From Marsupella aquatica (lineage: Eukaryota > Plantae > Marchantiophyta), in assembly GCA_973895155.1 (NCBI GenBank), contig OZ316892.1, positions 20,709,619 to 20,773,618 on the forward strand: a stretch of DNA of 64,000 nt. Reading direction: 5' to 3'. Position 1 is the first letter of the stretch; each line of letters opens with the position of its first letter. The translations under genes were made by a program, and so were the position numbers. Shown here in pieces: positions 52,036-61,323 of this stretch. Below the pieces are notes generated by a model. The model saw only the letters and a list, made by a program, of their open reading frames with translations, was not told the origin of the DNA and searched no databases.

Positions 52036-53445
52036 CAAAGGTGCGAATTTTGTGGATTGCACCGAATGATATCTATTTAATAGTTTGCAAACTGTACAGT
52101 GCCAGAAAAACACCCGAAATAACCATTACCTGATGTTATCATATTCACTAGTCGATCTGCCATTCCTTGTGCACATAAAATTGTGTGGCGGAGGTCTTGT
52201 GCATCCCTTGTCCGAATTTACGTGGAGTGATATTACGATTTGCTTGACAAATATGGCTGGATCACGAAACAGAGCTCATAGGATTGCCACACGAAAGCAA
52301 TGAATTCCATTCAAGGTTTAAGTTTGTTACTGTTGAGGAACAGAAAGTAGGACGAGAGAGTAGAGTTCACCCGCATTATCGAATTGTAGAGATCCTTTCT
52401 TATCTAGGAGCCTTGACTATGCACCGGGCTATGCACGTTCACGGTGTCTGTTTTTCTTGGAGGAATATCATAGCCACCTTGTTTCGAAAAGCGTACCCGC
52501 GTACCGCATGCATGGAGACGAAGGGTCAGAGAAATATGGCAAACATAATTTTCATTCTACGATGTGTAGTCGACTAAGAACTAAGTATAGTAAAAACGCA
52601 ATCCCCGCGTACCCCATGCATGGAGACAAAGGGTCAGAGAAATATGGCAAACATGGTTTTCTTTCTAAGAACCGTAGTCAGACTGAGAACTGTACTCAAC
52701 AGGAATCCTTGAAGTTTTATGTGTTGTCATTAAAATGGTGAAACATCTCCTCTTTTGTCGAACCCGAGACTGAACTTCTAGGAGTGTACGCCGAAAAGCC
52801 CAATGAAAGGAACGTCGAAGGGCAGTCTGATTGAGAAAATGTGAGATGATAGTATGAACAACTATGAAACGTGTCCCCGTTTTTCCTCTGTTTTTGAAGT
52901 TTCCTGGTAATATTTCAACGACAATTCCCGGATTGTCAAACCAGGGTCGAATTTGGTGGGGTTGATGTTGTTGGCAAGGCCCGAATAAGAGTTAACGGCT
53001 CTGTGATATGTCCACTAATTGTTTCAACTCATCAGGAGCTCGACTATGCTAGGAATATTCAAAGAAAATATACATATGAATGAAAATTTTCGGGGAAATT
53101 TGAAATCATATGCAAGTGTATTCCAACTGAAGTAGGCTAGTACATGTCACCGAGAGGCTACCTCAAAACTGATCAGACTTTCGATAAAAATATAAGTGGC
53201 AAAATTGTACTACTATTTGCTTCTCCGTGGCATTACAAGTGAACTGCAGTATCGAAAGTCTTCCCCGAACAAAACTACATCCGCCTCAGGTAGAAATGCA
53301 ACGAATACACACAAACTAAAACCATCTCGTCTTTCAAAGGAGCTGCAGGCATCGTGGTGATCGAATGACTGTCACGCAGGTCTTTCAAAAGACGAGATTG
53401 TAGAAGTCAAGCTTCCCCAAATTTTCTTTGCCCAAAAGCAAGACC

Positions 53446-54036
53446 TTAAGAAATGAAGTTCCAGAGAGCATTTACGACCCTCCGTGCAACGCTGACGGTC
53501 CTCCTCAAAGAGATACGAATAATACTCGCAACAGGGCTAGAAACTCTCCTAGCGAAACCGGTAGCGATACGAGTAAAACTCGCAACATTACCAAAAATCC
53601 TTCTTGCAAAACTAGTGGTCCTCCTCAAAGCGATACGAGCTACGCTCGCAACTCGACCAAAAAGTCTCCTTGCCAAACTGACGGCCTTCCTCTTAGCGAG
53701 ACGAATACAATTCACAACACAAGTATAAACCCTGCCCGCAAAATTGACAGCCTCGGAGCGATACGAACAACACTCGCAATTACAGCAGTATCTAGGCTTT
53801 CTCGCAGCGATACAAGCAAACCTCCAGGCAGAACGGATGGCACCGAACAAACCCCCCAAACAAGCAAGCAAGCAAAACATTAATTGCCCTATTTTCTTCC
53901 TTGCAGCTCTCCACATATGCCGGCACATGTGATCGAGGAGTACTTCCCAATACATTGGGGACTTTGAAGCAATCCACACAAAAATGAGGAGTAGTTTCCA
54001 AAGCATTTGGGAGTAGGTCCAAACATTATATATCAT
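53446..54036 (-). CDS. Cationic amphipathic 22-aa-repeat protein (196 aa), paralog of the C-terminal half of the 43030-44060 gene
   Basis: Open from ATG 54036. Repeats ARRLFGRVASVARIALRRTTSF / ARRIFGNVASFTRIATGF / ARRVSSPVASIIRISLRRTVSV. The N-terminus is hydrophobic and there is no ParB-like domain. Confidence 0.5.
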   Translation of the reverse strand: MIYNVWTYSQMLWKLLLIFVWIASKSPMYWEVLLDHMCRHMWRAARKKIGQLMFCLLACLGGLFGAIRSAWRFACIAARKPRYCCNCECCSYRSEAVNFAGRVYTCVVNCIRLAKRKAVSLARRLFGRVASVARIALRRTTSFARRIFGNVASFTRIATGFARRVSSPVASIIRISLRRTVSVARRVVNALWNFIS

Positions 54037-55351
54037 CTCTCACGGAATTTCCCTCACGATACAAGCGTCCTATGCACACCTAATTCCTCACTCAGCCTTG
54101 AGGGCAACGACTCTGCATATAAACTTGACAGCACACTACGCTCAAAGTTTATTCGTAACAATTGTGAAACAACCTTACTCAGACCCACAATATATATTCT
54201 GTGATTCTAAGCGTCAGCGCGATCTTAGTAACTTCACATGGTCTTCTGTCTTGTGTGAAAATGACTTTGAATTCGATGAACATCATGACGGCCGAAATAG
54301 GATCGGTCCTTTGACGGTAGTACGAACATTCCGCTCGATTGAAGGGTCTCACTACTTTAATGTTGGGTTTGTTCGCGACATGGGAAATAAAGTAGAGTTC
54401 CCGTGTATCCATTTCCCTAGTAATTGGCCAGCTAAATTAGTTGCTTGGACTCTAGGAAATTTATTTTCATGTCTTTCAGATGGTTCATCAATCTCCAGTC
54501 AGTATTATGCTCTCTAGTGTGTACATTCTCCGTTTACCTCATACGTTACATCTTTGTGCAAACAAGTTCGGGACAAAAAATAATAGAAGGAATCTGAACG
54601 GCCCCTCTTGCATTTAGAGCTAGAGACGACGTGTACTCGAGAAGACGTTAGTCTGCTGACTGTACGAGCTTTTCAACTCGATCGATAGTGAAAACAGCCC
54701 TGAAAATGTGAGTAGAACTCCGTCACCAGCTCGTACGTACCAGGAAAATTTCACTCCCCCTAACAGGAAAGTTTCACTCCGCCGTGCCGTCATGATTGTA
54801 ATTGCACGAACCACGCCTTCTGTATACACGGAATTTCACGCCGCCTCGTCGTGTGAATGGTTAGTAAGAGCGTGATACATGGTTCTGTGCCGACAACTAG
54901 ATCGTCAAGCAGTTTAGACTTTGAACATAAACGACCACACAACCTATTTATCTAGTCTGGTGCTTCATTTCTGATTCGATCTGGAAACTCTTTCGATTGA
55001 TTATCTTTCAGGACCAGCATCTGAATTCCAGTTCTGTCAAGAGAAAGTCTGGACAAGCCCCCGACCAAAATTTTGCTATCCGCGGAAAACATATCACTTT
55101 CAGGATCAGGAGACGATCAGTGTCCTCGTACAAGCTAGTATGATTTTGCAGAGAATAGTGGAGGCTTGACAATTTCGATAACAGAAGTTGATTTTGAATG
55201 AAAAAGTGAGTTCTACTGAGCATATGTTTTGGAGTCCAGACAGTTTTCCATGAGTACAGAATTGGACCGCATTGCTTGTTAAAAATATGGAGAGAGTTGA
55301 TGAGTAAATGGCTGTGGAGACAGTCAGGACTCCTCGACGTCTTGGTGACCA

Positions 55352-56365
55352 ATGACGGAGGTGAATCCAGCTGATTTGAGGTTCACTCAGGGGTCGATTG
55401 CATGTCACTTCAAGACGCCCTATGAACATTTTAGTATCAGGGAGGCCCTACAAATGATCCAGGCGGGAGAGATGAGCCCCGACGACTTTCCGAGGCTGCG
55501 CGTTATTCCGTACAACGGTTGCTTATGGTCGATCGATAACAGACGACTGTGGGTGTTCCGAAAGGGTAAGTGCTCACAAATCACTGTGATCATCATGAGC
55601 ACAATGCACCCCAGATTGATGGAACTCATCAGTCTCAGATCGAAATATGTACTCGTTTCCAAACCTGAATTTTTCCCAAGGGTTCGAAGGAGCCAAAGAT
55701 TGTCGCCTATCCTTAATGTGGCTCAAAAGGTCCACCCCAGTGTGACAGAAATGATGAGCAGATGTGGTCCATCAAGTGTTCAAGGCAGCCAGAATGTGAC
55801 CTTGGGGCCTCTGCCGAGAGTGGCCTCTGAGAACCTTCACAGTGGATTGACAAGCGTCGTCAGGGAATGGAAACGGCCAACTCTTCCTGAACTGCTTTCA
55901 CCGAATCCCTTGGTGGTCACTATGGAGGGCTGGCCACCTCTTCGTGGACTGTGTTCACCGAATCCCGTGGTGGTGACTGTGGAGGGCTGGCCACCTCTTC
56001 CTCGTGGACCGTTTTCACGCAATCCCTCACTGGTGGTCACTAAGGAGGTCAGTACAGGGCTACTGAAAGAGAGCTCTAACGCAGGTATGGAGCCTCTCTC
56101 AGCTTCGTTTTCGGGAGCATCAGGTGGCAGACATGATAGCGCTGGTGTCACCAGGAGGCAACCAACAAACGAAACAAACGACGACGTCATTTGGTCTCTC
56201 TGTTATACCACTGGTACACAAGATCAGCAGAGTCGACTTGAAAAGAAGACATCTGGGCATAGTACGCCTCTTCTTCCTGCGTCGACAAGTGACAACGGAC
56301 CACCGACCCAGTCATGGTTTGGGTTGGTTAAAAATTTAATCGTCCGGTTCTTTGGACGCGGATGA
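55352..56365 (+). CDS. ParB/Srx-like (toxin-type) domain protein, intronless, 337 aa
   Basis: N-terminal ~115 aa: PADLRFTQGSI...F...SI...L..I..G...PDDFPRLRV....GCLWSIDNRRLWVFR...FFPRVR, conserved with the 44060 paralog. This is followed by a low-complexity linker with three Pro-rich repeats and a C-terminal amphipathic SWFGLVKNLIVRFFGRG. The fold assignment is from motif recall. Confidence 0.8.
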   Translation: MTEVNPADLRFTQGSIACHFKTPYEHFSIREALQMIQAGEMSPDDFPRLRVIPYNGCLWSIDNRRLWVFRKGKCSQITVIIMSTMHPRLMELISLRSKYVLVSKPEFFPRVRRSQRLSPILNVAQKVHPSVTEMMSRCGPSSVQGSQNVTLGPLPRVASENLHSGLTSVVREWKRPTLPELLSPNPLVVTMEGWPPLRGLCSPNPVVVTVEGWPPLPRGPFSRNPSLVVTKEVSTGLLKESSNAGMEPLSASFSGASGGRHDSAGVTRRQPTNETNDDVIWSLCYTTGTQDQQSRLEKKTSGHSTPLLPASTSDNGPPTQSWFGLVKNLIVRFFGRG

Positions 56366-58388
56366 ATTGTTTCCGTGAATCCCCCCTCTGAGTCTTGAGG
56401 ATCGGTTGCAACACTAGAGGTCGTTGTTCATGGCCCAAGTGCATGACACTAATGACTTCTGGAAGCAACAAACCCATGTCTGCATTTGTAATTGAAATAC
56501 TGTACTCGTCAGAAATTTGAACTTTTAGATGTATAACAATCGCTGCAGTACCTGTGCTTTGAGATTTTCTCCTCACAAGATGGCAAGGTATGCCTCCATT
56601 TCGTCTCAATTTGGTGTTTATCCCGTGAAGCTGTCTGCTGCCAGAATGAACCATTAATTATTAGGCTGTGAAACGCGAGTAGTTGTGTACAGAATCCCGT
56701 GTACGACAATGCGATTTTCTATAAGAATTTAATTTTATGTGCTGCACTAATGAGTGCAAAGGTACTTAGCAGCGAGTATAAACCAAAAGAATGTGGTGGG
56801 GATTGTTATTATTCATGTGGGCCGTGAGCACATCATGCATGTAGTTAGGAAATTGTCTATAGCTCAGAAAAGCTGTAGAGGCGCGGACATATATGTCTCT
56901 ACTAGGAGACTTTCTGGAGTGCATCTCCCTAAACTAGCTGGATGCAAGACAGAATGATTAAAAAATGTAATGGATCCGCCCAGTTTGGAAGACATTTCTA
57001 AACCAGAAATTAAAGAAGGTAGTGGTCTTGAGGAAAGTCGGTGCAGGAAATATACAGTTCAACTGTATGTGCACTATCGCAGCACAAGGAAAGATGGTGG
57101 CCTTTGTGCCTAATGTTATCAAGATAGGCCCTACATCCCGAGAGAAAATACATGTAAAACCACCAATTCGAAAGCCCTTAGACCGGATTTTAATTTCCAT
57201 TTACCAGGTTTCTGTGGATGGACTCCTACTTAGGAATACTGCATTGGTGGGGCTGGAACATGCGGAGTAGCAAATGGTTTTCCAGTGCAGACAACAGGTT
57301 ACAGAAGTTTGAGAACTTTATTGTTGTGTCCGGTCGTTGTTTTGGGAGTGTTGTGGATGCACCCATGTTGTGGTTGTGGCAGGAAGGTCACTGCAACGGT
57401 GCGGGTGTTGCAGCCATGTTATTGTTGCGAAGCGTCGTTTAAGGTGTGTTTGAAAGTGTTGGGTTTGCAGAAATGTACATTCTCATTTTGGTCATGTTGT
57501 CGTTTTGACGTATTGTCTTGTCCTGGTAGCTAGGTGGAGTGGCTTCAGAAAGGTAGTCGTTGCAGCCATGTTATTGTTGCGGAAGTGTAGAGTAACTCTA
57601 CGAATGAACGAAGGCCGACTCCTGAACGACCGACGAAGCCATGAGCAAGCGATCAACGAATGTATGTAAGCCACGAACAAGGCCAAACGATGAACAACCT
57701 AAGAAATTTATTAGACTTTCATCGCTGATCAAGAACGAAGGACAACGGGATCCACTTGGTTCTTACTTGTATTGGAATTATATTACTAGTCAAGAGCAAC
57801 CAGGGATCGATTCCTCTGGGTGTGAATAGTGACAACAAACTAGCCCCAAAATGCCCGTTAATTATGCAGAGTAGTTTCTAGGTACACTTCGTGGAAATGA
57901 ATCAGCTTTACCAACCAGTGGAAGACAATTAGCGCTGAGGCAGCACACCACATAAATACATGATGTTCAGTGCGAGTGGACAGCAGCCAAGGATCAACGA
58001 TCCATCCTGTAATGCCCCGCATCTAATGGTGGCGATAATTATACAACATCAAAAACTGGCGTCTAAGCTAACTGCCCAACTAATCTTCAATTATTGCATT
58101 GCATTGTGGACTCTTACGGAGCGAAGTCTCATCAACTATTCGCACACTTCGATCTCTATTTATTCAATACTACTAAAACTAAGGAAATTGCAGAGTCGCC
58201 ATAGTAGCAATAGCAGAGAATTGCAATAGAAGGCTGTGTTTGACATTTCGGAGTAATCAACAGTTCCGGAGCTGCTCGACCGGCCAGGTCGCCAAGAGCA
58301 GGTAGCTAAGAGCTAGGGACTAACATCGATCTACGGACCACAGTTGTATAAAACACTGCTAAGTTCCTCTGAGTCCAACCTCCGAGCC

Positions 58389-58766
58389 TCAAAAGGTCGG
58401 CACGAAGCATTGGGTGCAACCGTACTCGCACACAGCAAACCCATTATAATACGTAGCTGGTACAGCAAACTGATAGGACCCCCCGGGATTATTGTAAATG
58501 ACGATAGGTTCAGACAGGCTACCATTGAAGGTAGCAGTGTAATCGCTCTCGAAGCAAGTCAAGTAGAACAAACCATCATCTGAACTCGCGTAGTCGTCCA
58601 TCGCGCACGTTGGCGTATCATTTTGCCCGAGGTTGTCCCAAAGTTGTGCGGATAAGGGGTACCCCAAGGGGTCCGTGTCGGACGAGTACTGAGCTTGGAA
58701 ATTGACACAACCATAGACAGTGGGGGCGAGCATGAACATAATGGCGAGGATAGATTTGGGATTCAT
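58389..58766 (-). CDS. Small secreted cysteine-rich protein, 125 aa (copy 2)
   Basis: ATG at 58766, MNPKSILAIMFMLAPTVYG/CVNFQAQY...VCEYGCTQCFVPTF. All 6 Cys are conserved with copy 1 and all indels are in frame. Confidence 0.85.
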   Translation of the reverse strand: MNPKSILAIMFMLAPTVYGCVNFQAQYSSDTDPLGYPLSAQLWDNLGQNDTPTCAMDDYASSDDGLFYLTCFESDYTATFNGSLSEPIVIYNNPGGSYQFAVPATYYNGFAVCEYGCTQCFVPTF

Positions 58767-58899
58767 TTCGCACGAGGTCAACGACAGAAGAATTAAAGAG
58801 TTGACCACAATTATACTCTGCCGGGTGCCTTAGTTTTCGCTGTGGCGCACCGCAAGTAATAATGAGACCACCGATCGAGCTGCAACACCAAATCGACCG

Positions 58900-60659
58900 C
58901 AGAAACAACGTCAGGCTGATAGATCTACTGTACATCCTGGAGGTACGAAATCTGCTTCCTGCTGAACTTAGACTTAACGATGCAGCATGGGATACGAGTA
59001 GGACCCATTTCTGAGATATATCTCATTCACTCTAGACCCCTCTTCCTTTGGATCGATCGTATGTCAGAAGGAAGTGTCCCTCTGACCTCCCTAAAGCAGT
59101 GAAAAAGAAACGCCCATACCTGACAGCCAATGTTCGATACTCAAGCGATAGTGTATTCTCCCTGCCAAACCTTCGATCTCCCTCTAACAGGTAAATAGAG
59201 TCATACATGCACGACAGTTCACGCTAAGGAAAATGCTAGCACTTCCAGATACAGTCAGGGATCGAGCGTGCTCAGATTTCGATGGCAAATTGATCTGTGT
59301 TTGGGAGAAGCAGTGGTCGCTTATATTCACCGTGGAAGCATGAGAACAAAATCGTTGTCTTGCTGGAGAACGGTTGACAAAGATGTAAGGCTAAATTCTG
59401 CTGCCGGTGTCATGCATGGTTCGATTTTCGTCTTAATTTACTTTGGCAGGGTCTTTGGTGGTCCTCTGTTCCTGGACCCGAGGGATTTGACTCCTTTGAT
59501 ACCGCCTGCAGATCTAGTCCGTAGAAAAGCCGGGCTCTGTTTGCCATTTAATTTAATTTAATCATAAAGCGACAGCACGGAGGGGATGTTTTGCAGGTAT
59601 GTGTGGTGGATCAATTATTGAACTGCGGCGCAGCAAATCTGACGATATCGAGGAGTGTCGATTTCCCATGGACCGTAACGCAGATGCCATGCTATAAACG
59701 ATGCGGCGTAAACCCGGCAAGCAATAATTGTAGAGATAGTTCATCCTGTGAACGCTGACTGGAGAATCACAGAACATTACAAACACTTTGCTTTAATTGA
59801 AGTTAAATTAGGATTTGTTGTAATATATTTACTTTCCGGACAGAAGGAAAGGTCCATTTGGCGTCAAAGGACGGTCAAATATGTGTCAATTTTTTCATAT
59901 ACAGACAATCAGATGCTTGCCTTCATTTCCACCTCCGGGTAGTGTGTCGATACTTACGAGTTCCCTAATTTAGATGTCGATTAGACCAGAATAATAGCTT
60001 CTGGTAATAATAGCGAATTGGTGCTGAACGGCAATCATCCTATTTTCCATCGAGGCATGGACGGAGACTGCCGAATGACACAAACTTTAGTGAGGTCCTA
60101 CCTTCGGGTGGATCAAGGTTCTGGCTAAGCGTCAGTCACTGCATGTTCAGAATTACAGTATGATAACTTCTCCCTTCGCAAATTTGAATTGCGCAACTCA
60201 ATTGTTTAATTTCGGACGGAAGAATTTGCTAACGTATTTTTGCATTCCATGTCCACATAGTGAAGCTAGCAAGTGTTGACAATCACTTTCGCTTAGACAC
60301 TCAAAGCAAAGTGTGCTGCGCTTCTAAGTGTAAAGAATGATTGTAACCGACTGTATTGCTGTGTCCACCTCCCGGATATCACGGCTTGATTTCAGCATGT
60401 CTATATTGATGATTTGTATCAAAGTGCTTAGTACGTTATCTGCTTTACCGTTGATCTTTAGGTCACTGTATTCTACCGGCTAGATGGATCAGTATCCATC
60501 CGTATCTCTGGCGTGTATTTATGTGGGGCCCCCGCCTCCCGTTCTCATTCATCGAAGAGATTAGTAAAGCAGTTTTCTTCAGCAAGCAGCTAGGGAGGCA
60601 CCACTATAGACCATGGCCTGGGGCTGGCACTTACTTGCATGGTGTCCTTGGACAGAGCA
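58900..60659 (+). pseudogene. NLR remnant (5' part: ARC2 to start of LRR)
   Basis: Homologous to 49870-51284. DLLYILEV..LL......D..W at ~58922 and YMHD at ~59204. Confidence 0.5.
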
Positions 60660-60849
60660 TAGCATGACTGTGTCATCGTCCTGGCAATGATAGCTGTTGG
60701 CCGTTACGTAGATTACTCGAGCCAACTAGGCAAGCGTTTTCTCGGAACCTACCAACAAACTCAACAAGGCTCACAACAAAAGGCTTTGACTGTAAGCCTT
60801 AGTTGAGATTGCGGTGTATATTTAATGCACGATCTCAACTAATGTATTA

Positions 60850-61323
60850 GTATGCTCTGCCCAAGTTAGCTAGAACATAAATAAAGGTTCTCTCATTAAT
60901 GGTGATTAAGTTAGCTAGAACATAAACAAAAACTCTATCATTAATCATATTGACTGTTATTTAAAAATACTAGACTAAATAAAGATTTTATCATTGATCA
61001 TGATTGACTCTTATGTAAAGTACTAGATTTTGCCTTAACACTTAGACTCTATTACTAAAGAGACATGAATCCATTGGAAAGAAGTGTGGCCAAAACCAGG
61101 GCTCTATTTAAAGAATAAATATTTGGCAAAACATTAACCAAGACTTTATCAATCTTGGCTCTTAACCAAATTACTAAACAGTGCAACATTCATACTCTAT
61201 TACAAAGCAAACTTGACTCCATTGGAAAGGAATGTTGTTTACAAAGCAAACAAGATTACACAAGGAAAAGGACACAAAGTCAATTGGGCAGGAGCAAGCC
61301 ACAACAAATGAAAGGTGCCAAAA
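60850..61323. mobile_element. Diverged relative of the 34851-35689 MULE-like element, interrupted by Copia
   Basis: ttagactctatt...tccattggaaagaagtgt..cc and caaagt..attggg...caacaa.tgaa.ggtgccaaaa match ~35212-35516. Confidence 0.7.

Larger units (their letters stand above)
51375..60659. repeat. Tandem segmental duplication, unit 2
   Basis: See unit 1. Same orientation, differing by several unit-specific indels. Confidence 0.93.

Noticed and set aside
43030-56365. Bacterial contamination or a plasmid partition (parABS) locus as the source of the ParB-like genes
   Set aside because: There is no parA, no HTH/dimerisation domain and no operon structure. The genes are embedded in plant NLR remnants and a plant tandem duplication flanked by plant Copia elements.
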